Positions 52,975 through 64,000 of a stretch of 64,000 nucleotides of DNA are shown piece by piece. The position numbers were made by a program, and so were the translations under genes. Every line of letters begins with the position of its first letter. The stretch's first letter is position 1. The notes beneath the pieces were generated by a model that saw nothing but the letters and a program-made list of their open reading frames with translations, searched no databases and was not told the origin of the DNA. The stretch lies in NCBI GenBank assembly GCA_034520885.1, contig JAXHNE010000005.1:77748-141747 (forward strand), given 5' to 3'. The DNA comes from Candidatus Saccharimonadota bacterium. GTDB lineage: Bacteria; Patescibacteriota; Saccharimonadia; Saccharimonadales; JAXHNE01.

Positions 52975-53443
52975 TCAAAAATCTGATAATGAGGTAGTTA
53001 AAAAATTATTTCGGGTTTTTTCCAGATTCTTGATATTCATCAGCAACAACACCACGCCATTAAGTGCAGCGATTGCCCAACTAATTAATGATTTCCAATC
53101 CACGCCTTGTTGTGGTTGTTGTGGGGGCATCTGAACCACTATTACTTGTTGTTCTGATATCAGTGGTTCTGATTCTTCAGGTAAAGATTCCAATTGTTTT
53201 AGGGGTTCTTCTATCGAAAACGTGTCTCTGATAATAGATTTTCTCTCAAGTCGTAACTGTTTTTCAGCGAGACGTTCTTCGTATCGTTTTTCTGTATCAG
53301 GTGTTACGATTGCCACGGTGTCTATAACATATTGGGTTTCCGTGAGCTTGTTGGCTATCACCAATACCAAAATTAAGCACAACTATTGCCAGCACCGATA
53401 TGCTGAACATCGCAATAACCGCTTTTCTCGTATTGATTTTCAT
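52975..53443 (-). CDS. membrane protein with N- and C-terminal TM segments and a coiled-coil middle, frame broken
   Basis: MKINTRKAVIAMFSISVLAIVVL...EKRYEERLAEKQLRLERK...WAIAALNGVVLLLMNI. Confidence 0.4.
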
Positions 53444-53937
53444 GGTTTTATCATAAATACTACTCAGAGACCCATTTTTTTCCTTAATTAAATCGAAGTT
53501 GTTCAAGCTTTTCCGCACTGAGTTCCCAGTACTGTTCCATGATATCGTTTTTAATCACGGCACAGTATAAGCACCGATTTGAGCTTCGACCCCAGCCATA
53601 GTTAATGTGTCTTCGGCTTCCATTACTTGACCGCAATGTCTACATTTTAAGTTTTTCCATTACGATAATATCTACTTAGTTATTACTACTATCATCATCG
53701 CTATACCATTCTTCACGTTCTTTAACCGCAGCATCAAAATTATCTCCTAATGTTTTATCAAGAATACCTTGCCAATATAAAGTCTGGGGTATCGCTGCCA
53801 TTTTCCTTACTGTACCTGTTTATCAGTTTTACCAGTACTTTTCTAAATCCATTGTCTGCCATTGTCTGTATTTGTTTTTTCATTTTTCTAATTTGTCTTG
53901 ATTTTCTCTATACCGTGTGTCCATACTATATACGACC

Positions 53938-54321
53938 TTATGCGTCTACATTAAATACGTCTTTCATTGGCCACTCAGTACCGATATTTTTTCTCGTTAA
54001 GCTGACTGTCTCCATTTCTATCCCATTGTTTCCATGTTCCGACTTTCCTTGCCCACGCTGTAATACATTTGATATGTCGAGTTGTCCGTTCTGCGTCCAG
54101 ATTTTCCACATACCATGTTTGACTCCATGTAAATACTGGGCTTCGGCAATCAACACGCTACTGGCATTCATGCCCTTGACTTACCATCTAATTCATTGTT
54201 ATTATCGTCTATAGGTCCTGCAACCGTTACTGGTTTTCTTCACCTGTACACCCTGACCACTTGCTGCAATACAAGTCAACAGTAGTATAATCATTAATAA
54301 TTTATGTCCGAGATTTTTCAT
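53938..54321 (-). CDS. YwqK/MORN-repeat-like lipoprotein, frame broken
   Basis: Signal sequence MKNLGHKLLMIILLLTCIAASG, then GVKHGMWKIWTQNGQL. Confidence 0.4.
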
Positions 54322-54998
54322 GTCATTATATTTTAATCAAAACTTAATACTGTTTTAACATAAATACTGATGTAATAGTAATTATAACTGAGAAAAACAA
54401 GTTAATATGAAAACCACGATAATTGCAATTATATTCGTTTTGACATCAATTGGTTATAACAAAACCATTCAAGAATCAACTGTTACTGACGAAAACTTTT
54501 TAAAACCGAACTCCAGAACTCCGTATTGGAATTCTGTAAGGAGTTAGGATCTGTAGAGCCCCGATAGCGTTTATATACCATTTCGACGAGTTATAACTAC
54601 GACGAAATCAGTTCTTCCACACCTATTACGTATTTCCTACGTTTCTTCTCTACACGAACCTCTAATTTGAATTCATCGATGATATCAGTTATTTTTCCAC
54701 TATAGGTCTTAGTATCTCCGACTTTTTTACTGTCGTATAGCATTTCTTTTAGATATTCTGGACTCCAGCAACACACAAAGACCTCGACGTAGTCACCGAC
54801 TGATATTTACTAAATATCCTGCTCCCCCACCGTTATCACAGGGTCTGACTTTACAGAATTTACCACAAGACCTCGCAACGACCACCATCTACACCTGAAC
54901 CACAACATTCACTAACATCACCAGTACCACCGCATTCATCACAGCATCGTGTTAACCTTTTGATTTCTTTATGTTTCGTTTTGAACGCGTTACAGGGT

Positions 54999-55247
54999 TT
55001 ACTTAAACAGTTTCTTGAAGACCCAGTTAAAGCCTTCAATCAAGTAATGCAATGTAAATGCCCCAGCCACAGCGACTAATACCATAAAATGTAGAACAAA
55101 AAGACCCCATAGACCCGCATCTAATCTCGACATAGCCACACCATCGAGTTGCGTTGTTGCTCTGAAGAACGTATCCACACATATCAACGCATAGAGCAAT
55201 GCCGATATAAGCCACCTGTATTTAATTAAGAACCTATTATTTTTCAT
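54999..55247 (-). CDS. small two-TM membrane protein
   Basis: MKNNRFLIKYRWLISALLYALICV...GLFVLHFMVLVAVAGAF. Confidence 0.4.
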   Translation of the reverse strand: MKNNRFLIKYRWLISALLYALICVDTFFRATTQLDGVAMSRLDAGLWGLFVLHFMVLVAVAGAFTLHYLIEGFNWVFKKLFK

Positions 55248-56126
55248 ATTTCTAATTTTATTTGATAACCTACTTATTATGGTATTCATCACAAAATATA
55301 CATTTACCCGTTTTTCTGCTTTTAGATGTGTACTTATTACAGCGTTTGCACCATGCTGGAACTGGTTCACTTGGTTTAGGACTCCACCCGTTATAATTAC
55401 TGGCTACAACACTCATCAACATAGTTTTTCACCGATTGGTCAACAAGCATCTCCCTCTTACACTTAATTGAATGTCTCGTAAATTAATTGGGATTTCAAT
55501 AGTGTTATACCCATTATTTAAATCACCTTCTTCTGGTTCGGTATTTTGATATGACATTAAAGCAATCAATTTACCATCTCTTGTTGAGATGTTTATAATC
55601 TCCATATTTTTTCAAGTTTTCCATTGGTTTAACGCCTTCTATTTATTTGAATACATTCTGTTATTGTATGAAATTCCTGATTTTCTCTGGCTCTATGGGT
55701 TTCCACGACCTTATCGAATCCCACGCCTCTGGTGTGTCCAACATTGGTAATGGCATAATAATATATAATATGGTCTTGGGTTTCCAGCATGTACTTATGC
55801 AAGGCAGTTACTCCCTTGACAACAGAGGTAAAATATCTCCCAAATAATTTTTAACATCATTAATACTCCTACCAATAACCGCTATGTGAATAACATTTTT
55901 GTTTCTGCTGTTCTACCTGTTTTTCAATTCCGAGATTTTACGCTTCAGGTTTTCTTCCAAATCCGCATCAGCTTCTTCGTAGAGTCTGTTTAAATCATTG
56001 GAGTCATACAAACTTCTTACCCTCCTTGGGTCATTGACGTATTCCGTGAATAATGTAATCAAGTTTTTTATTCCGTTTCAACACATCGTCTGACAACCTG
56101 CTTTACAGATAACCATAATCCTTTTG

Positions 56127-56312
56127 TTAGATAAGGATTTTATCGATTTTCAAAGGACTTGCTGGTTCACTCATTGGTTCATCTATACCAACATTAAATG
56201 AACCCCGATTTGATACAATACCATTTCCTTGTAGCATATAAGGTGGTATGTATTGCGGTTCTTCTTCTTGGCATTTACAGCCATCGTCACAACAATTTTT
56301 TTCTTCGTCCAT
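56127..56312 (-). CDS. hypothetical small Cys-rich protein
   Basis: 61-aa ORF. Confidence 0.35.
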   Translation of the reverse strand: MDEEKNCCDDGCKCQEEEPQYIPPYMLQGNGIVSNRGSFNVGIDEPMSEPASPLKIDKILI

Positions 56313-56357
56313 AATATCTGTTTTAATTAATTATTCAGTTTTTTATCGCAATCACAA

Positions 56358-56609
56358 TCATTTTGCATTTATTAAGTCATCACTGGTATCGGTAACAAAT
56401 ATCTCATCAAGATATTCCTGTGTACCTATTGCCATACCCCTCACAATATCATCATCACTGCCATCGTGAACAAGTCCAGTCCCCATATCCAGTGCAGCCA
56501 TAGCCACAATCAAAACTGGGTGGACTTCCTCGCCTTCTCTGAATTTAAGATTCTCGTAGGAGATTTGGTGTCCTTCAAGCATTTTCATCAGTGCTTGCTC
56601 TGGTGTCAT
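56358..56609 (-). CDS. hypothetical protein
   Basis: 83-aa ORF. Confidence 0.4.
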   Translation of the reverse strand: MTPEQALMKMLEGHQISYENLKFREGEEVHPVLIVAMAALDMGTGLVHDGSDDDIVRGMAIGTQEYLDEIFVTDTSDDLINAK

Positions 56610-57539
56610 GTGTTTTGTAATGTGGTCGTAAAGTTCTTTATGTCATAATATCGGTTTTTATAGTTTATGTAATTCTTGTTCGACATCCGAAATAACCTGT
56701 CTTAGCAGTTCCAGAAATCTGGGGAAATGTCTTCCGCAACAACAACTTGTTTATGGTCGTCCTAGCATTCCCCATAGTTTTGACAAAATCTCACATTAAC
56801 GGTGTGAAAATATTCTCTATTTTTTAATAAAGAATCTATTTCTTAAGTTCTTTGATTTCCTCAAGAAGTTCTATCACATGTTTGCTTGTTCTTCGGTCAT
56901 GTCTCTTATTTTTTCTAATTATTTTATTTTCTAGATTGTTTGGGTATGACTCAGACAATCAGCAGGAACGCTGTTTCTCTGTGTCAAAACCCTCGCTTTG
57001 CTTCTCATAAGGGTACAAAGACTTTGATATCCAGAGATTTTCTTCATCCGTGGTCTTGTCTCTAATGGGTTTATTTTTAATAATGACCAGTTAATTTGCT
57101 GATTGCATTACGGCTTCCTGTACGTCCTTGAATCTGTTTTTGTAATGTTTCATATTTTGGGTTGTTCCGCTATGATTTCTCTAAGTCTTATGAGATCATT
57201 GAGGTATTCTCTGATTCACCATAAAAATTTGTTATTCTATCGTGTATCCCATTGCAGGTGTTCTGATTTTATAAGTATGTAACAGTTTTAAATTTTTTCG
57301 TTCTGGTTTCGTTATTGGCTTCCTTATCCATGTTGTTGATATAGGTCTGGCAGTCCTTTAAGCATTCCAGCACGTCATGGAATTCTTTCGCTGCGTTTTC
57401 TGTTCAGGAATTTCCCGATACACTTGGTTCCCCCACATACCATATTTGCCTTTCATCGGTATGTTCTGCAACAAAATCGGTAATCCCGACCGCATAGCAC
57501 CATTAGCAATTGATTCCATGTAGTTTTGGTTTCATTAAT

Positions 57540-57860
57540 CACAGTTCTTTATAGTGTTTATCACATAGGGTTCTGTGCCACCCAAGGTCTCTACGTGTCT
57601 TTCCAGTTTCTCCACAGACCTCACAGGTCTCATAACTAAGTTCTTCGTACCGACTGATAATATGAACACTTCTTGGCTTGCGCTTACAACATAAATCTCA
57701 GACCCCCGAATTTCTCTTTGATTTGGCGAATATCTCTGTCCCAGTCTGTTTTAATTCATTCCTCAAGCAAATCCTGCATGAGACCGTACCAACCCTCACA
57801 ATATCCGTGAGATCTAGCGGTGGCTTGATAATATTCATCTAATTGGATTACCATTGTCAT
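57540..57860 (-). CDS. conserved phage protein of the ...IKEKFGGLRFY...CEVCG... type, 2 frame breaks and 1 in-frame TGA
   Basis: MTMVIQLDEYYQATARSHGYCEGWYGLMQDLLEE[TGA]IKTDWDRDIRQIKEKFGGLRF / YVVSASQEVF / HIISRYEELSYETCEVCGETGKTRRDLGWHRTLCDKHYKEL. Confidence 0.5.
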
Positions 57861-58527
57861 AGAGTATTTGAGTTATATTAGTCTGTTTTATAATACAACA
57901 CATCTTCAGGTCTATGTCCTTAAGATATTGGTTTAATTCCTTTCTGTCATGATTTCAACCTATTAACGTGGTACTTATTTACTAACATCTGCACCGAGTT
58001 GTTGGATGTCAACGCATTTCTCAAAGACTTCAACCCATTTATAGCAGCGTCCACTCAAAACCATAACGAAATATATTATTTTCGAGATGCAATTGGCATC
58101 GTGGCGAGTCTTAATGGTTTTTATTCTGCCTTCACAAATAAAGACCTCCTTTTGTTTTGGTGACCAATTCTCGTCATCGGTTAGTTCGGGATTGTCTGAG
58201 GAGAAAATACACCTTATCGTTTCTGTTGTATTTTGTTAAAATTTCCATAATATTTATAATTTTTATAATCTCTGTAGAAAAGCCAGAAGGCTTTCGCACT
58301 CTGATTTTGTCATCCTTGAATTCCACGAGTCTAACTGATTCGGGGAAATAATTTTGTAATTCGGTTTTAATTGTGTCTATGAGTTCATCACAACCACTTT
58401 TATCGTTTCATAATTCTTCCCAAACATTTCATCATCACCTTCTTCGAACACTATTTCTATTTTATATCTTTTCATGTAATTTACCGTTGATATCCATGTC
58501 GTAATTATTGTCTTTTATTTTGTAGTG

Positions 58528-58869
58528 TCATTGAATCGCCTCGGTTTCATCATAATTCAGATGATATAGTCTAACCTCTTCACCACCATTCCTCACGCTC
58601 AACACGAGTTTAACCCATCTGTTGTAATATTTAGTAATCCATGTAATTCCATTTTTAGTTCTCGTCTTCCCATGAGTTGTAAGTCGTCTTCCATTACTTA
58701 GTATCTCGTTGTCATCACTCATATCATTGCCGTCAATCAAAGATAGTTCTCCGGTTCTGACACCATCAAATACCACAATATCTTTAAGTAAATCATTGGG
58801 AAAACATGTTTCTTCTTTGAAGATTAGTCCTAGTGTTGTTCCGAGTTTTATAATTTCTTTGGTTTTCAT
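58528..58869 (-). CDS. hypothetical protein
   Basis: 113-aa ORF. Confidence 0.4.
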   Translation of the reverse strand: MKTKEIIKLGTTLGLIFKEETCFPNDLLKDIVVFDGVRTGELSLIDGNDMSDDNEILSNGRRLTTHGKTRTKNGITWITKYYNRWVKLVLSVRNGGEEVRLYHLNYDETEAIQ

Positions 58870-59156
58870 AATTTACTTACAATTATTTGGTAGTACTACC
58901 ACTATCCATTTGTTTTTCCAATTGATGTTCGGGCTTACTTACAATATTATGTGCTTGTATTTCAGAATCATAAATTAATTGAAACATATTTTGTTGGTTT
59001 ACCGTAACCTCATATAGTGTATATCTTTTTAACATACCGCGAAATATAAAACAAAGAAATCAGATATGCAAGAAAAGGACAGCCGATTGACTGTCCCATT
59101 TAAAAAATATGTTTATGTGTGATTATAATTCCTTACTCAGTACTTACGCGACAGCA

Positions 59157-59710
59157 TCATGTATGTAATTTACGCACCAAACTGTTTTCATATGTTTTTT
59201 CCACGATGGAATTACCGAACATCTGTTCGACCATACTGTCGCCAAACATTTCCATGACCTTACTGTCTTCATCCATGAAATTAATACGGGCATAATCAAA
59301 CATTTTCTCCACAACAGTCCATTCCCACATTTCTTCGATTATCTGGTAATACATTTCATCTACACGTGATAAATGCTTAAGTCTATCAGCTTTACTTTGG
59401 TCACGCATTTCCAAGACATTACTATCGCCTTTCAGCGCTCCGATTCTCGCATAGTCACGCATTTTCACCGATTTTTGCTCCACCATACATTTTAACCACT
59501 TTACTGTAATCACGCATTTCTTTTGATTTTCGCATATCCCGGCGTTTCTTCGACTTTACTACCGTCTCTCATTATGCCAATAAACGCATCATCTGTCATG
59601 TATTTCACCACAGTGGTTTCATCGATAGCATCTATTCTGGCTTCGTCATACATCGCAAAGACTATGCAGTGTTTGGCTTCTTCGATACGAGTCATTTTAT
59701 TTAGAATCAC
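59157..59710 (-). CDS. repeat protein (about 11/22-residue periodicity), frame broken
   Basis: MRDYARIGALKGDSNVLEMRDQS, MFDYARINFMDEDSKVMEMFGDS and MYDEARIDAIDETTVVKYMTDDA units. Confidence 0.4.
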
Positions 59711-60764
59711 GCCTTCGCTGAAGCAAGAGTTTTTTTCTGCCCTTCACAATCATGGCTTCGATAATTGATTTCGAGTTCAGCCATGACTTTTGTGCAATAA
59801 TTTAACCGTGGTACCAGTCGGGAAAAAAACTTTATTATTCAACAGCGTGTAGTTATTGACATCATCGAGTCTGTGACCATCTTTGGGGCAGTACTTTTTC
59901 CCACGAAGAAATCTTCGGCAGCGATTTCATCTAATGTAAGATATTTATTGATTAAGTCGTTATGAGTCTGAGGCAAATATATCGTGAATAATTGTGCCAT
60001 CTTTTTTTATTATTACGGGATAAAAATGTTTCCATACTGCTTTTATTATAAATAGCTTACAGATATTAATATTGATTATAATATTAATTTATTAAATCTT
60101 TGTTTCCATTCCCTCGATTGCTTGGCAATTCGGGTTGGTCGATATAATCACCTAACTTGCTAATGGGTATACCATCCAGACCTTGGGTTTTTCCATTCGT
60201 TATATGTTAAAGTAATATTTAACTGCAACTCATCATCGTCTTCACGCTGAAAACCAACGTTCCACCATTACCTCCTGGAGAACCGAAATCCGTAACAGTT
60301 ATTGTTTTATCCTTTTGTCGTCTTTTTGCTAGTAAACAGTGTCCCCTCGAAAAAATTCGAACCCATATTTTTTCAATGTTTGTCTTAAATTATTTCATCT
60401 GCTTCTACTTTGAGCATAGATATTTTGAATATGGGTCATCAAGGTCTTCTAACATCCTATCCGAATCATCACTTATTTCCGAATCCATATGATTCGTAAT
60501 CGATATCATTATATCTGGACTTCATAAACAGCATCCGGTGAAAGGTCGATATTATCTTTAACATCTTCTACAAACTCATCGAATGTATTGAATTGTTTCT
60601 CGTTTTCTTCTCATGTATTCCAACATCCTATCAATTGAAAGATTACCGTCATTTACATCAAAAACGATGTCATTAAGTTGTTCTTTTGCCTGGCTCGAGT
60701 TCGGACATCATTTTCAGGGCTTCAGCACGTTCTGCCTAATATGTGTCCATGACAGTTTTCCATA

Positions 60765-60983
60765 TCACGCCGCTCGAAAAAAATCTTTCATCTCCCCGTC
60801 TACCCCAACAAGTTCATATGTTTTTTGTCTGGACACCCCTATTTTTTTGGCAATTTCCTGTATTTTTTTTATGTTGTTGTCACTAAGAACGTTTTGCATA
60901 TAATTCAATTCATCATCATCTGCATAACCATAACTACCATATGCGTCTGATGCCATCGAACTAATGGTATCGGATTCAATCAC
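60765..60983 (-). CDS. HTH-containing small protein
   Basis: IQEIAKKIGVSRQKTYELV is helix-turn-helix-like. Confidence 0.35.
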   Translation of the reverse strand: MIESDTISSMASDAYGSYGYADDDELNYMQNVLSDNNIKKIQEIAKKIGVSRQKTYELVGVDGEMKDFFRAA

Positions 60984-61646
60984 CTAAATCCAGAGCCTCT
61001 TTCATTTCATCCTCACTCATACCGAAGTCAACACTACCATGATATATTTCAACGTTATCTGGTGACGTGTCTTCGCTCACGAAATTACTTTTATTAATGA
61101 CTTCAAGTAGTTCGTCTTTCAGAACCCTCAGTTTTTAAACTCTGTTAGTCTCTTAACGCCTTCTAATAAACCAGCAGCACCCCTAAAATCAATTTAGCTA
61201 TTCTTGCTATTTTACGTTTAGCCAAATAGTTGTTGAATATGTCATAACGACAGATTTTCCTTTATTCTTAACAATTGTATCTAGATTGGTTTGTTTAGTC
61301 ATCTTTTAAAATGTGTTGTTGAAGATTCTGGATTGTCGGAGACGGATCTTGGTTGCCGCCATATCTCTAACTGTCATTTTCTGGTTGATTGAATTCCCAC
61401 ATGTGGAAATATGTTGTTGCCACCTTTTTTGTGTGACCTTCGGTGTGAGGGGTCACGAGCGATCCACCATTGACGGTCAACCATTGTTTTTGATGCGTCA
61501 TGTGACTATTTTGATGATGTGCCATTAGTAATATCTTTATCTGGTGCTACCAGATGCTTAATGCGCACTACTGGTATTTTCTATCTTTTGTTTAATGAGC
61601 TTCATAGTCATCGCCGGATTGGATTCGTGTTATATACGCATCCGAA

Positions 61647-62214
61647 CTATTCATGAATTCTTGGAATGTTCCGATATCCCCTGACTTTCTGAATAAAGAA
61701 ATTCTGTTGTTCTGGTTTTAACTTAATGAAATCAGCAGCGAGTTGTTTCATTTTTTCGTTTGTACGAGCATCGAGTTGTTTTGCCTGGGTTCCAAGATAT
61801 GATGGAAGTTTATCGTAGAGTTTTTTCAATGTTCTACTTTCTCTTCCATACTATCTAAGTCTCTTCTGGATTCCCTATAGGTTTCGTATGTTACAACTGG
61901 TTTACGGTAAGACGGTTAACGTGTTGTTTATTTTCTTTAAGATAATCATATAGTTTTTTTATGTCGTCAATAGGCATTCTCTCATTGACATAGAATTTAG
62001 TTAATAAATTCGTGTACCCATCACCTCTTGGAGCATGATTAATGGTATCCAAGATTTTTTTACCTTCTTGTGATACTTGGGGGTCAACGATTTTTTTCTT
62101 TTGAAGATAATTTGATTGCCTGATTCGGATTTTTTCCAAACAACAAACCCTCGGATATATAATACTTCGAGGCTGAGATAATTGGTGCAATCTTAATTTT
62201 TGTTCCGTTAACAT
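61647..62214 (-). CDS. hypothetical protein in 3 frame pieces
   Basis: ...NRLTVNQL / VTYETYRESRRDLDSMEEKVEH / LKKLYDKLPSYLGTQAKQL.... Each junction is repaired by adding one T. Confidence 0.4.
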
Positions 62215-62247
62215 CAGAATAAGTTTTTCATAAAAATACTTGGCGTT

Positions 62248-62274
62248 GTAACCTTTTTAACTTTTTATCGTATA
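62248..62274 (+). promoter_or_regulatory. plus-strand cassette GTAAC-N16-CGTATAAT
   Basis: Drives the DUF2227-like gene (ATG 62297). Marks the minus-to-plus strand switch. Confidence 0.6.
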
Positions 62275-62296
62275 ATATCGCGAAAAAATAAACGTT

Positions 62297-62636
62297 ATGC
62301 CTAACGGAAGAACACATGACATCATAACATTGCCGCAACGGCACCAATTATTGGTGTTGGTACTCATTATCTTACGCATGATATCAGAACCACAACCACT
62401 TTAACGTCCTGCTTATGTTTTCGCAGCACTGATGTTCAATGGTGATTTGGATCCCGATAGCCGACCATATGATCGGTGGTGGGTTTTTTAAAATGATTTG
62501 GATTCCTTATCAATTGATATTCGAACACCGAAGCGTTTTCACTCACGGTATCATTATTGGGACTGTGGTGAGAACTTTTATATGTGTTGGTGATACCGAT
62601 ATCAATAATAGCATTAAAGGGCATAGGGATGCCTGA
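62297..62636 (+). CDS. DUF2227-like metal-binding protein, frame broken
   Basis: MPNGRTHDIITLP... then FNGDLDPDSRPYDRWW and MIWIPYQLIFEHRSVFTHGIIIGTVVR in other frames. Confidence 0.45.
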
Positions 62637-62737
62637 ATGTGAACTGGAGCGTAGTGATTCCGATGTTAATAGGATTAGTACTTGGCGCTGCAAGTCAGTA
62701 CGATCGCAGATTACTTTATAAATAAATTAGTAAAACT

Positions 62738-62764
62738 GTAACCTTTTAAAATATTTTTCGTATA
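62738..62764 (+). promoter_or_regulatory. plus-strand cassette GTAAC-N16-CGTATAAT
   Basis: Drives the structured leader at 62772-62925. Confidence 0.6.
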
Positions 62765-62771
62765 ATTGCAT

Positions 62772-62925
62772 AGAATAAAGTTCGCTAAACTGATTGTTTA
62801 GGGTCTGGTTCGCCAGACAAGTGGTTCTTTAATAATTAGCTTAACACAACCCGAAGACACGGGAATCTGGTCTTATATAAGGAAGCATAACTGACCGATA
62901 TAGTTCCCGTGTCTTCCTGATTTTT
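62772..62925 (+). promoter_or_regulatory. structured leader / attenuator-like element or stand-alone sRNA
   Basis: GTCTGG-TTCG-CCAGAC (62803-62818). A 13-bp perfect stem GAAGACACGGGAA (62853-62865) pairs with TTCCCGTGTCTTC (62904-62916), followed by T5 and then ATG 62931. Confidence 0.5.
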
Positions 62926-64000
62926 AAATCATGGAAAATAAAAAACAAATTTTGGCGTTCCGTGTAATTCACGAAGAAAAGAAAAGAAAATATTTCGGGT
63001 TCACATTCGGAATGATTTGGGTTACTTTCCGTACAGGTTTATTTGGGGTATGGATGTTTCCATGACAGTTACCAGAGCAATTGATAGAGAAGAATATTAT
63101 ATTCAATTTTATGCTGAATAATTATGGAAAAACAAAAACAAATCGAAGACATTGCTTTGGCAACTGTTTCAAAGGAAATTAGGACTGAGGTTCAAAAGAG
63201 AACTCACTCCCGATGAAAAGAAAAAAATCACTGATGTTGATTCCTATGATGAATATTATCGTCAGGAAGCACTGAAAATCTGCGTTAAAGAAACAGAAAG
63301 CACTTCAGAACAAAAAATATCCAGTAATTGACGTACCTGCCGATGGTGAAAAAAGTTGGATGGGTGGTGCGTATTGTCTGTGTTTTGTGTACAGCAAATA
63401 TGAGGGTAATTTTGTTCTCTAGGGGTTATGTCATGCGAAGGTCGAGGAATTTGAAAAAGAATTACACACATTATTTCTGTAATATAAGTCTTTGGAGTTC
63501 AGGATTCAGATAGGGACATCTGGAAATTCTGGAAAGAAGATGTTGGTATTTTTCATCCAAGTCTTCGTGAGAAGAAAAAACATGGAAAGAAAATCGAAGT
63601 CCGAGCATATGGTTCTTGGTATGAAGACGATACCACCACAGAAGAAAAGAATAAAATGGCATTACATTTCAAACGCATGCCGAAACGCTGGATACCGAAT
63701 TCGATAGATTTTAATTAAAAACAACGACATGGAAAACCCCTTGATGTTTGATAAGAGATTCGTTAATCTCGAAGAAGTGAAATCGCTTTTACGTCAGAAA
63801 GAAAAGATAGAAAAGATGTTGTCACAAGCACCAGCAATATCATTGTCATGTTTGTGGAGATACAAAACCTCTACATAAATTTGATGCGATAATGGGAATG
63901 GCTTTTGGTGAGGGTATTTATCAGACCTCTGCTAACATCTGTCATAGGTGTGCACTCAGTGATGAACAGTATGAAGAAGTATTTGGTGCACCAAAAGAGA

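Noticed and set aside
53500-64000. Stop-codon reassignment (TGA or TAG sense) as the reason for the ORF-poor right end
   Set aside because: Where I could follow conserved proteins, the breaks are frame shifts repaired by single-nucleotide indels, not in-frame stops. Only one clean in-frame TGA (57756-57758) and one in-frame TAG between same-frame ORFs (38314-38316) were seen. TAG and TAA clearly terminate genes right before cassettes. Recoding is therefore unsupported, though it is not excluded for that single TGA.
37300-64000. Calling the AT-rich half an integrated prophage of the left-half bacterium
   Set aside because: The window contains no integrase, att duplication or tRNA target. The translation-initiation and promoter signals differ from those of the host-like half. 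Sequence quality also differs between the halves. I report it as a phage-like element of unresolved relationship to the left half instead.

Overview
The window is two very different sequences joined near 37,200-37,350. (1) 1 to ~37,300 is moderately GC-rich, tightly packed and fully intact housekeeping DNA of a small-genome bacterium. The style looks Patescibacteria/CPR-like, but that is an unverified guess. Genes: ArsR-like regulator, argS, glutamate dehydrogenase, msrB, two CapA-like proteins, VanY-like and beta-lactamase-like envelope enzymes, orn, dnaG-rpoD, a polyprenyl synthase plus phytoene/squalene-synthase-like pair, polA, a small accessory patch (2 methyltransferases, AbrB-like, RelB/RelE-like pair, 2 Nudix), acyl-ACP desaturase, HAD hydrolase, mutM-holA, rpsT, a degenerate NrnA-like protein with a ~440-aa disordered tail, truB, an ABC-F ATPase and rpsO. 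The non-coding DNA is the interesting part of this half. A 66-69-nt hairpin element sits just inside the 5' ends of three genes (orn, HAD, mutM), each time with a duplicated decoy start. There are two copies of an unclassified ~220-nt structured RNA with fully compensatory helices, C-free G/A/T word tracts 3' of genes, and leaderless-looking TATACT-N7-9-ATG starts. (2) ~37,300-64,000 is AT-rich and phage-like, mostly small minus-strand ORFs without Shine-Dalgarno sequences. It is organised by ~29 copies of a near-identical terminator/promoter cassette whose GTAAC-N16-CGTATAAT core looks like an ECF-sigma promoter, next to a phage-encoded ECF-type sigma gene. It also has an iteron array at its left end, two promoter-driven small RNAs, and many single-nucleotide frame breaks that are absent from the left half. 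I recognised no rRNA, tRNA, CRISPR array, integrase or transposase. All family calls come from motif recognition by eye; no searches were run.
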